Origin: an uncultured Verrucomicrobiae bacterium
GTDB lineage: Bacteria; Verrucomicrobiota; Verrucomicrobiia; Chthoniobacterales; JAFAMB01
Direction: 5' to 3'
Assembly: GCA_963837955.1 (NCBI GenBank)
Contig: CAWIPH010000001.1
Coordinates: forward strand, 96,001-160,000
Length of the DNA stretch: 64,000 nucleotides
Shown in pieces: positions 40,776 through 51,221 of this stretch. The notes beneath the pieces are model-generated. The model was not told the origin of the DNA. It made no database searches and saw nothing but the letters and a program-made list of their open reading frames with translations. The position numbers and the translations under genes are program-made. Numbering within the stretch: position 1 is the stretch's first letter; every line of letters starts with the position of its first letter.

Positions 40776-40921
40776 GTTACGGCGAAGACCTGGTGCGGCA
40801 TGTGCCGAGCCGGTGCATGAGCCGATCGCGATTATCTCTAAGAGCCTTGTTTGGTCTTGTTCATTCCCGGCAAACGGCTCAAGCCAATTCGGCGCATGCC
40901 GAATTAGGCTTTCGCCCTACC
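40776..40921. repeat. Second REPIN-like doublet of the GTAG REP family
   Basis: Degenerate left unit gttacggcgaagacc..tgagccg; right unit cggctcaagcc-aattcggc/gccgaatt-aggctttcgccctacc. Confidence 0.72.
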
Positions 40922-40945
40922 GATCGTCGGTCATCCTCGGTCGAA

Positions 40946-42514
40946 TCACTTTTTCCACTGAAAACGATCCTCAGACGGAGTATCGCCTAGGTGCCGACTG
41001 AATCCGGAGCGATTGGAAACCAGGTGGGTGAGAACGTGAAAAGCATCCTCCGGGTCAGCGCCCACGCTCTTGGCTAAATCTTCGGCCGTGACCGGCTTGC
41101 CGATCGTCTGGAGGGACTTCGCTAGATGACCTTGCAGTTCCAGCAATTTGCCAGCTGCCTTTTTCCCGGCCTCGACCCCGGGCTGATGGTAAGCATTGAT
41201 GTTGACGAGTGAGGCATAAAAACCGACCGCGCGTTCGTATAACGCGATCAAAACGCCTACCGAAAACGGTGTTACTCGCTCAACGCTGATAGTGATCGAT
41301 TCGCGGTCTTTTTCGAATAGGGCCGAGCGCGTCCCGCGCAGAAACCCTTGCAAATAATCCCCACTCGTGATTCCGGGCTCCACTTCAAATTCTGCCCCGT
41401 TCCGATCCTCGTCTACTTGAATAAATGTAACGAAGAAATTGTTTATACCGTCTCGGAGCTGTTGAACATAGGCATGCTGGTCCGTGGAACCCTTGTTTCC
41501 GTAAACTGCGATTCCCTGATGGACTACGTTGCCGTCGAGATCCAACTCCTTGCCCAGCGATTCCATAACCAACTGCTGGAGATACTTACTAAAGAGAGCC
41601 AGCCGATCTTTGTACGGGAGAATTGCCATGTCCTTTGCACCTCTCCCTTCACCCACCTTGTACCACATCAATGCCAGCAGCATCGCAGCATTGAAACGAA
41701 CGTCGGGACGCCTGGTTTTGTCGTCCATTGCCGCCGCACCGGCCAAGAATTGCTCGGTGTTCAAACCCTGAAGGGCCATCGGCAGCAAACCGACAGCGCT
41801 CATCACCGAGGTCCGGCCGCCTACCCAATCATACATAGGAAATCGCGCCAACCAGCTCACCGCATGCTGATCGAGCTCACTCCCTCTCCCAGTAACCGCC
41901 ACGGCATGCTTCGCGAAATCCAAACCAGCGGATTTGTATCTTGCCGCGGTTTCAAGCATCCCGTTCCGGGTCTCTTTCGTACCACCCGATTTCGAGACGA
42001 CCACCGTTAACGTAGTCGAAATCGTCTTGCCCAACCGCTGAAATACCCGATCAAATCCATCCGGATCGGTGTTATCCAAATAATGAACGCGCATCTGGTC
42101 TGCGTCGGTTCCGAGGGCATCAGCCAAGAATTGTGGACCGAGAGCGGAGCCACCAATTCCTATCACCAATACGTCTGTAAATTGCTCCCCGCTTGATGGG
42201 CGAATCTCGCCGGCGTCTACTTTGCGGACGAACTCGTAGATCGCCTCGTTGGTATCCTCTATTTCGCACCGCACTTGATCGTTAGGCGCCAACTCCGGGG
42301 CGCGTAACCAGTAGTGGCCAACCATTCTCTTCTCATCGGGGTTGGCGATTGCGCCTTTCTCCAGTGCTTCCATCGATTTGAACGCCTTCGCTGCTGCCAC
42401 GCTCATCGTCTCGAAATAGTTCTCGTCGAAGTGCACCCGGCTGATATCGAGGGAAAAATGAAGATCAGGATATCGCAAAAAATACTGATTAAATCGGTCC
42501 CACTGGGAGCTCAT
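40946..42514 (-). CDS. pgi: Glucose-6-phosphate isomerase
   Basis: [41 protein letters not shown]. Confidence 0.95.
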   Translation of the reverse strand: MSSQWDRFNQYFLRYPDLHFSLDISRVHFDENYFETMSVAAAKAFKSMEALEKGAIANPDEKRMVGHYWLRAPELAPNDQVRCEIEDTNEAIYEFVRKVDAGEIRPSSGEQFTDVLVIGIGGSALGPQFLADALGTDADQMRVHYLDNTDPDGFDRVFQRLGKTISTTLTVVVSKSGGTKETRNGMLETAARYKSAGLDFAKHAVAVTGRGSELDQHAVSWLARFPMYDWVGGRTSVMSAVGLLPMALQGLNTEQFLAGAAAMDDKTRRPDVRFNAAMLLALMWYKVGEGRGAKDMAILPYKDRLALFSKYLQQLVMESLGKELDLDGNVVHQGIAVYGNKGSTDQHAYVQQLRDGINNFFVTFIQVDEDRNGAEFEVEPGITSGDYLQGFLRGTRSALFEKDRESITISVERVTPFSVGVLIALYERAVGFYASLVNINAYHQPGVEAGKKAAGKLLELQGHLAKSLQTIGKPVTAEDLAKSVGADPEDAFHVLTHLVSNRSGFSRHLGDTPSEDRFQWKK

Positions 42515-42550
42515 ATCCGCAAATTACGCTGGGGACATCAGACGGCAAAC

Positions 42551-42585
42551 CGGTAAGCGGTAAGCGGTGAGTAATAAGCGGTAAG
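42551..42585. repeat. Tandem 7-mer array (5 units)
   Basis: cggtaag cggtaag cggtgag taataag cggtaag. Confidence 0.8.
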
Positions 42586-42601
42586 TGCGGGGCAAGCTTC
42601 G

Positions 42602-45190
42602 CTAAAGCCCAGCCACCCGTTCCTGCAGCTGCGCAAGGCGGTTGCTGAAGTCTCGTTCGCGTTCTCGATGCTCTTCCACCACGGCGGCCGGCGCACGATC
42701 GACGAAATTTGTGTTAGCTAGCTTTTTCCGAACAGTGTCCAACTCGGACTCCAGTTTTGCGATCTCCTTGGTCAACCGCTCTTTCTCGGCTCGCAGATCC
42801 ACTAATCCTTCTAACGGAAGAAAGACCTGTCCGAGCGGCGTCAACACCACCGGCACTCCCCGGGGTGCCTCATAGGCCGCATCCACTTGAAGTGGCTCAG
42901 CACCAGCTAGATTCGCAAAAACCGTGAAATCCCCTTCGATCACCGGGCGTAAGATCATCTTCACCTTTTTGTTCGAAGGAATACGGTATTCCGCTCGAAG
43001 GTTTCGCGCCTGCGAGGTTGCTCGGTACACCATGTCCGCAAAATCCGATTGGGCGGAGTCCAAATCGAGTTCCGTTCGAAGGTCCTCTAGCCCAGCAGAT
43101 TGGATGCTACCAGTACCGTATTCCATTCGGTGCCATAGTTCTTCGGTGATGTGCGGCATAAATGGATGGAGTAACCGGAGCACCGCGGAAAGCACGTGAT
43201 CCATTACCCAGAGACATCCAGCTTTGACTTCGAGATTTTCGCTCTGGAGTTCGGTCTTTGCCGCCTCGAGGTACGAGTCGCAGAAATCGCTCCAGAAAAA
43301 TTCGTAGATCGTCTGGGCAACCTCCGTGAAGAGATACTCCTGGTAGCCGCGTTCTATTCGATCAACAGCGGCATTTAATAACGCGAGAATGCGTGTTGAA
43401 TACGGGGAAAGCGGCAAAACTGGCCTGGCGCCGGCACGCGGACCTTGTAATTGGCGAAAACGAAAAGCATTCCATAGCTTGTTAGCAAAGTTACGCCCCT
43501 CCTCGATCTGCTTTTCATCGAATCGGATATCTTGACCGAGAGGCGCCGTGCGCATTAAGCCAAACCGTAAGCCGTCCGCTCCATATTTTGCGATCAGATC
43601 GAGTGGATCAGGCGAGTTACCCAGACTCTTCGACATTTTTCGGCCCTGGGCATCGCGAACGAGTCCGGTGAAATAAACGTTACCGAACGGCTTCTGGCCC
43701 TGGTACTCGAATCCGGCCATGATCATGCGCGCCACCCAGAAAAATATGATGTCCGGACCGGTCACGAGGTCGGTCGTCGGGTAAAACTTGCGTCGGACCG
43801 CCGGCTCCATCGTGATGAAGGACCAAAGCCAGGAAGAAAACCAGGTATCAAGAACATCGGGATCCTGCTCCCAGTTTTCTGGATCGGGCGGCGGGGTCGT
43901 AGCGACATGTAAACGGGAACGATCTTCCTTGTGATACCAGACCGGAATACGATGCCCCCACCACAGTTGGCGGCTGATACACCAGTCCTGGATATTCTCT
44001 ATCCAGTTCGAGAAGGTTTTCACCCAGCGTTCTGGGCGGAACTGAATCTCGCCACTTTGGACAGCTTCGAGAGTCCGTTGCACGTGCGGGTATTTGAGAA
44101 ACCACTGCTCGCTCAGCCTCGGCTCGATTGGCACTTGAGCTCGCTGACCATAGCCAACATTGTGTTGATACGCTTCCTCGCGAAGCAATAAGCCCATTTG
44201 TCGCAATTTTTCGACCGAAAGCTTGCGCACTTCAAATCGATCTCGACCTGCAAACTCTTCGCCAGCCAGCGCATTTAAAGTGCCGTCCGGATTGAGGACA
44301 TCGAGGATCTGCAGCCCGTGCCGTTGCCCGATCTCATAGTCGACTTTGTCATGAGCTGGAGTGACCTTGAGAACTCCGGTTCCAAATTCCGGATCGATCG
44401 CATCATCTCCAATGATCGGGATCTGCGCCCGGGGAAAAGGCCGCCAACAATGTTGGCCGATCAAGTGAGCATAGCGTTGATCTCGCGGATTCACGGCAAC
44501 CGCGGTGTCACCCATCAGCGTTTCGGGACGGGTCGTTGCGATCTCCAGATAAGTTCCCGGTAGCTCCACAATTTCATAGCGCATTATATAAAGCGTCCCG
44601 GCTGTTGGAACCGGCTCAACTTCCTCGTCCGAGAGAGCCGTGCCGGAAGCCGGACACCAGTTCACCATCCGCTTCCCCCGATAAATGAGGCCCTTGTTAA
44701 ACAAGTCTACAAAAACGGTGTTCACCGCACGCGAATAGTCGTCGTCCATGGTGAATCGCTCTCGTGACCAATCACACGAACATCCTAATCGCTTCAGCTG
44801 GTTGATGATGATGCCGCCATGTTTCTCTTTCCATTCCCAAACCCGCTCCACGAAAGCGTCTCGCCCTAGATCGTAGCGAGTCTTGCCTTCCTTTCTGAGC
44901 TGCCTTTCCACGACTGTCTGGGTAGCAATGCCGGCATGATCCATCCCCGGTAACCAAAGGACCTCTTGGCCTAACATCCGAGCGCGGCGAGCCAGAATAT
45001 CTTGGATCGTGTTATTCAACACGTGACCGAGCGTGAGCACACCAGTCACATTCGGTGGAGGCATTACGATGGAATAGGGTGGCTTCGTTGACTCCGCCCG
45101 GGCATGAAAAACCTTTTCCCGGAGCCAAGTGTCGTACCACTTGGCTTCGACAGATGCAGGTGAATAGGCCGTCGAAATCTCGGCTGTCAT
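42602..45190 (-). CDS. valS: Valine-tRNA ligase
   Basis: PPPNVTG, DHAGIATQ, DWCISRQLWWGH, KMSKS, C-terminal coiled coil; start reassigned to MTAEIST. Confidence 0.96.
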   Translation of the reverse strand: MTAEISTAYSPASVEAKWYDTWLREKVFHARAESTKPPYSIVMPPPNVTGVLTLGHVLNNTIQDILARRARMLGQEVLWLPGMDHAGIATQTVVERQLRKEGKTRYDLGRDAFVERVWEWKEKHGGIIINQLKRLGCSCDWSRERFTMDDDYSRAVNTVFVDLFNKGLIYRGKRMVNWCPASGTALSDEEVEPVPTAGTLYIMRYEIVELPGTYLEIATTRPETLMGDTAVAVNPRDQRYAHLIGQHCWRPFPRAQIPIIGDDAIDPEFGTGVLKVTPAHDKVDYEIGQRHGLQILDVLNPDGTLNALAGEEFAGRDRFEVRKLSVEKLRQMGLLLREEAYQHNVGYGQRAQVPIEPRLSEQWFLKYPHVQRTLEAVQSGEIQFRPERWVKTFSNWIENIQDWCISRQLWWGHRIPVWYHKEDRSRLHVATTPPPDPENWEQDPDVLDTWFSSWLWSFITMEPAVRRKFYPTTDLVTGPDIIFFWVARMIMAGFEYQGQKPFGNVYFTGLVRDAQGRKMSKSLGNSPDPLDLIAKYGADGLRFGLMRTAPLGQDIRFDEKQIEEGRNFANKLWNAFRFRQLQGPRAGARPVLPLSPYSTRILALLNAAVDRIERGYQEYLFTEVAQTIYEFFWSDFCDSYLEAAKTELQSENLEVKAGCLWVMDHVLSAVLRLLHPFMPHITEELWHRMEYGTGSIQSAGLEDLRTELDLDSAQSDFADMVYRATSQARNLRAEYRIPSNKKVKMILRPVIEGDFTVFANLAGAEPLQVDAAYEAPRGVPVVLTPLGQVFLPLEGLVDLRAEKERLTKEIAKLESELDTVRKKLANTNFVDRAPAAVVEEHRERERDFSNRLAQLQERVAGL

Positions 45191-45234
45191 GGGAAGCGGA
45201 ATCTGCTGCGTAGCTTCGGCTTCTGCAACTAGGG

Positions 45235-45429
45235 AGTTAGAGGGCCGGCAGGGTGCTCTTCTGGCGTCCGTTTTACCGGGCAACAGGATCAAGGCGGAGC
45301 CCCAGGAGCAACCTTTTCGGAGGGAAGCTGCCGCCTCCCAGGTATAACCCACGACAAGACCGCTGTGGCAGATCTGTTCGGTATCGCAACCCTTGTCGGT
45401 GGGAACGGATTAGCAGCCAACCCTCAACT
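45235..45429 (-). ncRNA. Structured ncRNA candidate B (6S RNA-like, about 195 nt)
   Basis: Closing stem AGUUGAGGGUUGGC/GCCGGCCCUCUAACU (G-U pairs only on minus strand), then UGCU/AGCA, UCCGUU/AACGGA, ACCG/CGGU, AGGGUU/GAUCCU. Confidence 0.6.
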
Positions 45430-45446
45430 GCAAATTGCCAAACCGC

Positions 45447-46037
45447 CTAGTCGATAGGCGTGAGAAAATGATCCCAGTCCCGGACATTATGTGCGTTTCG
45501 GATGAAGTAGGTAACCGGCAATTCTCGGGGCGGTCGTGGTTTCTTTTGCAGTTCCAAACCGACCTCTTCCGGTAGCCGATTGCCTTTAAGACTGTTCACC
45601 CGCTTGTCGGCCAAAACGCAGTTTTCCCAGCTTGTCTGTCCCCCGCGCGACCGCGGCACCACGTGATCGATGTTGCCTTCGGCTGGCACCAACTTCTTGC
45701 CAGTGTACTGGCATCGTCCTCCATCCCGTTCCCAAATACCTTTGGTGGAAAGCTTAGGACGACGCTTCGGCACTTTGTTGTAACGCGCCAACACGAGCAC
45801 GGTCGGAATTCTGACGAGCCCACGAACGGTCCGGACCGAGTTATCATCCTCACGAACAGCCAACTCTAGCCATTCGTTCCATCGGACTGGGCGCATATCG
45901 CCAATGCCTTGAATATCGAGGCCGGTGGCGTTGCCATTTGCCATCATGCAATATGCTTGAGCAGGCGTCTTGACATCAATCGCCTGCCAGTTCCGGTTTA
46001 AAACCAGAACCGTCGCTTTATACAGCGCGTCGTTCAT
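45447..46037 (-). CDS. HNH endonuclease family protein (McrA-like)
   Basis: VLVLNRNWQAI, RDGGRCQY, IDHVVPRSRGG..SWEN...N..KGNR. Confidence 0.88.
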   Translation of the reverse strand: MNDALYKATVLVLNRNWQAIDVKTPAQAYCMMANGNATGLDIQGIGDMRPVRWNEWLELAVREDDNSVRTVRGLVRIPTVLVLARYNKVPKRRPKLSTKGIWERDGGRCQYTGKKLVPAEGNIDHVVPRSRGGQTSWENCVLADKRVNSLKGNRLPEEVGLELQKKPRPPRELPVTYFIRNAHNVRDWDHFLTPID

Positions 46038-46304
46038 GTGTTCATCCCGTTCGCGTGGATTTATGCTTCAAAACCTGACGATTGTCCAGTCAACCGATCG
46101 GTCGGGTAGTAGGCGGTTACCAACGAGCCTTTAGATTGATTTAAGAGCACGGTAGCAGTCCTGTGGTCGCACATGCGCGTCAATAACAAGGTCTAGGAGT
46201 ATACGGAGAGGACTGATTTTCTCTATCGCTCTTCCGGCCAGCAGAACCAGTATTGGGACAGCCGCCGCTACCGGTGATGAGCAAAGTGTGTACTTTAACC
46301 TCCA

Positions 46305-47075
46305 ATGATTTGCAAAGTGGATTACCACACTCATCCACAGGCCCATACACTGAGGCCCTATACAGTCGACTTGCTTCAGCCTTGGATCGATCGATGCCGG
46401 GAGCGCGGGATCGAGGGTATCGCTTTCACCGATCATGATCGATACTGTGATGGGGTGGTTTTCGAGGTGATCGATCGCCTCCGAGAGAAAAATCCGAACG
46501 TCAATATTTTGATCGGGATCGAACTGGATAACGACCCGGTGACTTCCAAACATGGCCTAAGCTGGGTAGAGAAAAACTGGGATCGACTGGATCTCGTTCT
46601 GGGTTCAGTGCATTACTTTTCCGGCGAGAAGCAGATGTTTGACGGCAGTGATCAAGGCACCCAGATAGACCGACGAGGCGCGGAGAGGGCCTTTTCCGAA
46701 TACATTGAACAAGTCACTTCCCTCGTTCGACGGGGACACGTCGATTGTCTCTCTCACCTGGACCTGATAAAAATCCATGGGCTTTCCCCCAAAAGCTATG
46801 ATCCGATCGCAACCTTCGAACCGTTACTGGAACTGATCCGGCAGAGCGACCTAGCTATCGAAATTAACACCGCGGGCTGGCGTAAGAAGGTCGGCGAGCA
46901 ATATCCGAACGTCGCAATTCTCAGACGGGCGGTCGCACTGCAAATCCCAATCACCATTTCGTCTGATGCCCACTCTTACGCGCAAGTCGCCGAGGACTAT
47001 GAGCGTCTCGAGGCGTTGCTTCAAGCGGAGGGCATCGACCAGATAACCCGATTTTCGCGACACCAGCGGAGGTAA
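46305..47075 (+). CDS. PHP-family histidinol-phosphatase (HisJ-like)
   Basis: DYHTH, FTDH, GIELD, GSVH, SHLD, EINT, SDAH. Confidence 0.85.
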   Translation: MICKVDYHTHPQAHTLRPYTVDLLQPWIDRCRERGIEGIAFTDHDRYCDGVVFEVIDRLREKNPNVNILIGIELDNDPVTSKHGLSWVEKNWDRLDLVLGSVHYFSGEKQMFDGSDQGTQIDRRGAERAFSEYIEQVTSLVRRGHVDCLSHLDLIKIHGLSPKSYDPIATFEPLLELIRQSDLAIEINTAGWRKKVGEQYPNVAILRRAVALQIPITISSDAHSYAQVAEDYERLEALLQAEGIDQITRFSRHQRR

Positions 47076-47189
47076 TGACAGAGACAATCCCGGCTTGTCC
47101 GCCGTAGCCAGGAGGGCGGAGGAGGAAGGGATTCGATGAAAGTAGCCCAGCAATTTATTGCTGACTTGGAAATTGGCCGCTCCCGATTG

Positions 47190-48050
47190 TCACTCGTTCA
47201 TTACCAAAGTCACGCCTTGGACAACGCGTTTCTCCAAGCGATCGATTTTAAGGGACAGCTCTCTTCCCGCTGTTTGGAGGAAGGGATTTGACTCGTCTGT
47301 CAGCGCAACATCCAGGCGACCCGCCTCGTCCGTTCGGTTGAGCAAATTCAGCTCTTTGAGCAACTGGACGACAGCAATCGCGCAGTTTTCAGCCGAATCC
47401 ACCAACCTAATACCCTCTCCGGCAATCTCGGAGATCAACGGGGCCAAAAGCGGATAATGAGTGCAGCCCAACACCAAAGTGTCCACGCCTTCGATCAGTA
47501 ATGGATCGAGGTAGAGATGGACAATCTCTTCTGCCACAGTACCGCGAAACATGCCTTCCTCTATCACCGGAACCAATAAGGGACACGGTTGGCTGATGAC
47601 TGTGGCGTCCGGGCGCAACGCGTGAATCGCCTGTTCGTATGCACCGCTCGTCATTGTGGCTCGGGTTCCGATCACGCCGATTCTCCCGGATTCTGTACTC
47701 TTAACCGCGGCTCGCGCGCCTGGCACAATGACCCCTATCACTGGGATGCGTAGCACGCTTTGCAATCGCGGCAGTGCCAGGGCGGAAGCTGTATTACACG
47801 CGACCACAATGATCTTGGCACGCTCGGAAAGGAGGAGGCCGGCAATTTCGAGGCTGTACCTCTCGATCGTTGCCTGATTTTTTCCGCCGTAAGGTAAACG
47901 TGCGGTATCGCCAAGATAAAAGATGTCTTCGGCAGGCAAGGCCTTCCGAAGCGCTTGAACCACGGTCAAACCACCGATCCCGGAATCAAAGACGCCGACC
48001 GGTTGCGTCGCAACGTCACCTATGGAGTTCCTTGGGAAGAGAATAGACAT
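47190..48050 (-). CDS. murI: Glutamate racemase
   Basis: FDSGIGGLTV, ACNTAS, LGCTHYP. Confidence 0.95.
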   Translation of the reverse strand: MSILFPRNSIGDVATQPVGVFDSGIGGLTVVQALRKALPAEDIFYLGDTARLPYGGKNQATIERYSLEIAGLLLSERAKIIVVACNTASALALPRLQSVLRIPVIGVIVPGARAAVKSTESGRIGVIGTRATMTSGAYEQAIHALRPDATVISQPCPLLVPVIEEGMFRGTVAEEIVHLYLDPLLIEGVDTLVLGCTHYPLLAPLISEIAGEGIRLVDSAENCAIAVVQLLKELNLLNRTDEAGRLDVALTDESNPFLQTAGRELSLKIDRLEKRVVQGVTLVMNE

Positions 48051-49110
48051 TTGATTTCAACGGATCCCATACCGAATCCCCGGTACCGATGCTGCTTGGT
48101 GCATGTTCTTGTTCAGCCACTTGACCGCTCGCGCCGGGCGTACTGCGTTCGACCGCTCGATTGTACGCCAGCACACCTTGAAAAATCGCCTGCGCCATCA
48201 TCTGTCGATATGCCGGCGCCGCAATCCTCACAGCATCGCGCGGATTATTCAAGAATCCTCCCTCGATCAAGACTCCGGGATTCGCATCGTTTTTCAGAAC
48301 AACGAACCGCGCTCGTTTAATTCCCCGATCCGGAACTCCGAGCCGGGTGATCAACGAGGCGTGCATAGCGGTGGCCAGCGCGATGTTTTCAGGATCCCGG
48401 ATGTTGCCGAGACACGGTTGAAAATCGGCCAGAGTGAGCATTGGATCGTTGGTGGACGGCACCCCTTGCGGGGCTAAGCAATAGGTTTCAATTCCTTCTG
48501 CATCACCCCAGCCGCCCGAATTGAAATGGACGCTGATGAACAGCGCATTCGATTGATGGCTGGCAAACATAGCCCGGGTTTCCAACGGGATGAAGACATC
48601 GGCGGATCGAGTTAACCGAACCGTGAAACCAGCCCTCTGAAGTAATTCCCGCTCTCGTAAAATCACATCGAGGGCGAAATCCTTCTCGTTGCCCAGTGCG
48701 CTCCTGGCACCATGGTCAAACCCGCCGTGCCCGGCATCAAGGATAACAGTTCTGACCGGTGCGGTCTGCATCTTAGCTGGACGCAACACCGGCTCGACCA
48801 GCTTCGCCAAATCCATGCGCGAGATGTAGAACATCGTCCCTGCCTGAATGACCGGAAAATTCAGGATGAACTTAAGGCCGTTCATATACAATTCGCGCGA
48901 GTTGGCTCCGCTCTGGATGCGCAAGGTCGCCCCCGATAACGATACTCGCTCGTTAGAAAAATCGGTCTGGGTGAAATTATAAAAGCGGGCTACGTCTGTG
49001 AAAGGAATGTAATCCCGCCCGCCCTCCTTGATGAGAGTCCATTCGAAGGCTCCCACCTGGATGACGCCAGCGAAAAACAAAACCGCCTGAGCCACAAACC
49101 AACCCCTCAT
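48016..49110 (-). CDS. N-acetylmuramoyl-L-alanine amidase (Amidase_3)
   Basis: LDAGHGG, EK, FISVHFN, VLIEGGF; start reassigned to MRGWFV signal peptide. Confidence 0.9.
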   Translation of the reverse strand: MRGWFVAQAVLFFAGVIQVGAFEWTLIKEGGRDYIPFTDVARFYNFTQTDFSNERVSLSGATLRIQSGANSRELYMNGLKFILNFPVIQAGTMFYISRMDLAKLVEPVLRPAKMQTAPVRTVILDAGHGGFDHGARSALGNEKDFALDVILRERELLQRAGFTVRLTRSADVFIPLETRAMFASHQSNALFISVHFNSGGWGDAEGIETYCLAPQGVPSTNDPMLTLADFQPCLGNIRDPENIALATAMHASLITRLGVPDRGIKRARFVVLKNDANPGVLIEGGFLNNPRDAVRIAAPAYRQMMAQAIFQGVLAYNRAVERSTPGASGQVAEQEHAPSSIGTGDSVWDPLKSNVYSLPKELHR

Positions 49111-49285
49111 GACGAAGGCAGGATGGTGCTCGCCATTTCTGAGATCAAGCGAGAAAACAGAACCTTGTTTCTTGTGAGAGGACTTGACCCGCGGGGACAC
49201 AACGAGAGTAGCCACTTCCGCAAACGGGCCCGCTTTCATTGCATTTCATCGCGCCCGTGGGGGATGACTGCCTGGAAGAAGCGGC

Positions 49286-50047
49286 TCAGTTTTCTGCGCC
49301 CTGCAACTCGTAGGCCAGCACACTTAGGCTATAAATCGCTGCTGTCTCAGTCCGGAGCACGATCGGCCCAAGCGATACCGGGAGGCATCCAGCGGTTTTC
49401 GCTAGCGCCGATTCTGCGGGGGTGAAATCGCCCTCCGGACCAATCAGCATAAGAGTGCTGGTTGGCCGGCGGCCATGCTGTTCGCGAAAATCAAGCAACA
49501 CCTGCTTAAAACTGCGCGCATCCGTTTGCAGTGAGGCAATGAGCGGCGCTTCATACCGATCGAACTCCGAGAAAAATCTCTTGAGCGAAACCGGCGGATC
49601 CAGTGTCGGCAGCCAATTCTGTCCGCATTGTTTCGCCGCTTCAATGACGACTTGCCGCCATTTCTCGATACGCTTTCCGTCTTCGCCCTCCAACAGGTGC
49701 ATCACGGTCCTTTCCGAAAGCAACGGGACAATTCGGGTTACGCCAAGCTCCGTCGCTTTCTGAACGATAAGTTCCATGTTCTTCCCCTTGGGAATCGCCT
49801 GGGCGAGCGTAATCGCACATCGGAGCGGTTCACTCTGGGTAACCTGGATCACTGATAATCGAGTTTCAGACGCCTGGAAGACTTCGATCTCGGCGATCGC
49901 TTCCGCGCCTTCTCCGTTGAATACAACTACTCGAGATCCCGCAGTCAGACGGAGAACATCTCGGCAATGATGCGTCTCGCCTTCGTCTAACGTCAGCTGA
50001 TCAAGAGACCAACGCTCGACGGGTGTGTAAAATCTATGAACGCTCAC
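49286..50047 (-). CDS. rsmE: 16S rRNA m3U1498 methyltransferase
   Basis: HCRDVLRL, QKATELGV, EAAKQCG, IGPEGDF, LRTETA. Confidence 0.95.
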   Translation of the reverse strand: MSVHRFYTPVERWSLDQLTLDEGETHHCRDVLRLTAGSRVVVFNGEGAEAIAEIEVFQASETRLSVIQVTQSEPLRCAITLAQAIPKGKNMELIVQKATELGVTRIVPLLSERTVMHLLEGEDGKRIEKWRQVVIEAAKQCGQNWLPTLDPPVSLKRFFSEFDRYEAPLIASLQTDARSFKQVLLDFREQHGRRPTSTLMLIGPEGDFTPAESALAKTAGCLPVSLGPIVLRTETAAIYSLSVLAYELQGAEN

Positions 50048-50052
50048 CGGCC

Positions 50053-51219
50053 CTAGCGAAAGAAGGCTTTAGCTTGTTCGATAAATTTCTTATGCATCGG
50101 ACTGTTATCGTCGCCGCATGATTCAGCGAACTCTTCCAGCTTTCGCCGTTGCTCCGAATTCAGCCGCGTCGGCACTTCGACTAGAACTCGTACCCGCAAG
50201 TCTCCCTTGGCTTTGGTGTCGATGTTAATAACGCCGTGGCCGCGAAGACGAAACTGCGTATTGCTTTGCGTGCCGGCCGGAATCTTCAGGGTAGCCTTTC
50301 CTTGCAAGGTAGGAACGGTAATCTCGCCGCCTAGAGCTGCCGCTGCAAAAGAGAGCGGTACTTCGCAATAGAGGTCGTCTTCTTCGCGTGCAAAAATCTC
50401 ATGCTCTCGAACATGGATGACGACGTAAAGATCTCCAGGAGGACCTCCGCGTACTCCGGCCTCGCCATTTCGAGAAGAACGCAAGCGGGCTCCGTTATCA
50501 ATTCCAGCCGGAATCTTCAACTTGATCCGCGAGCGCTTCTCCACCCGCCCATCACCACCGCAGTCCCGACAGGGACGCTCGATGACCTGCCCGGTCCCGC
50601 GACAGCGTGGACAGGTCTGCGAGACCTGGAAAAATCCGCGGGCCGTGATTACTTGCCCGCGACCTTGACAGGTGGGGCAGGTCATTGCTTTTGAGCCGGC
50701 CTCCGCACCGCTCCCGTTGCAGCGCGCACAAGTATCATGTTTAAGCAGTTCGATCTCTTTCTCTGTACCGAACGCGGCTTCCTCCAAAGTTATCTGGAGA
50801 TCGTATCGCAGATCGGAACCGCGCTGACGGCCACCGCGATCTCGCGTCTGGGTACCAGCACCAAAAATCTGATCGAAGATTCCGCCGCCACCTCCCTCCG
50901 AGCCCATACCGAAAACCTCGCGGAAAATATCGAATGGATCGTGGAACCCGCCCCCGAAACCACCACGCGGAGCACCGGCACCGGTGCCGCCCGCAAAAGC
51001 GGCATGCCCATATCGATCGTAAGCAGCCCGCTTGTCCGCATCCATCAGAACGTCATAGGCCTCGCCAATTTCCTTAAACTTTTCCTCGGCATGCGGATCT
51101 CCGGGATTTTTGTCGGGATGAAATTTGACCGCTAGTTTGCGATACGCCTTCTTTACCTCTTCGTCCGAGGCTCTGCGATCAACCCCAAGAACTTCGTAAT
51201 AATCCCTCTTTGCGGACAT
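50053..51219 (-). CDS. dnaJ: Chaperone DnaJ
   Basis: J domain HPD, G/F region, four CxxCxGxG repeats. Confidence 0.97.
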   Translation of the reverse strand: MSAKRDYYEVLGVDRRASDEEVKKAYRKLAVKFHPDKNPGDPHAEEKFKEIGEAYDVLMDADKRAAYDRYGHAAFAGGTGAGAPRGGFGGGFHDPFDIFREVFGMGSEGGGGGIFDQIFGAGTQTRDRGGRQRGSDLRYDLQITLEEAAFGTEKEIELLKHDTCARCNGSGAEAGSKAMTCPTCQGRGQVITARGFFQVSQTCPRCRGTGQVIERPCRDCGGDGRVEKRSRIKLKIPAGIDNGARLRSSRNGEAGVRGGPPGDLYVVIHVREHEIFAREEDDLYCEVPLSFAAAALGGEITVPTLQGKATLKIPAGTQSNTQFRLRGHGVINIDTKAKGDLRVRVLVEVPTRLNSEQRRKLEEFAESCGDDNSPMHKKFIEQAKAFFR

Positions 51220-51221
51220 GT

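Noticed and set aside
644..41771. Numerous 150-230 aa antisense or alternate-frame ORFs
   Set aside because: All overlap well-supported genes and lack recognisable motifs; expected in GC-rich DNA.
45191..45352. N-terminal extension of ValRS
   Set aside because: Runs through the structured RNA candidate; homology begins at MTAEIST.
45235..45429. T-box, cobalamin riboswitch or SRP RNA
   Set aside because: No UGGNACC T-box; only partial B12-box resemblance; no CAGG-GNRA-AGCA SRP core.
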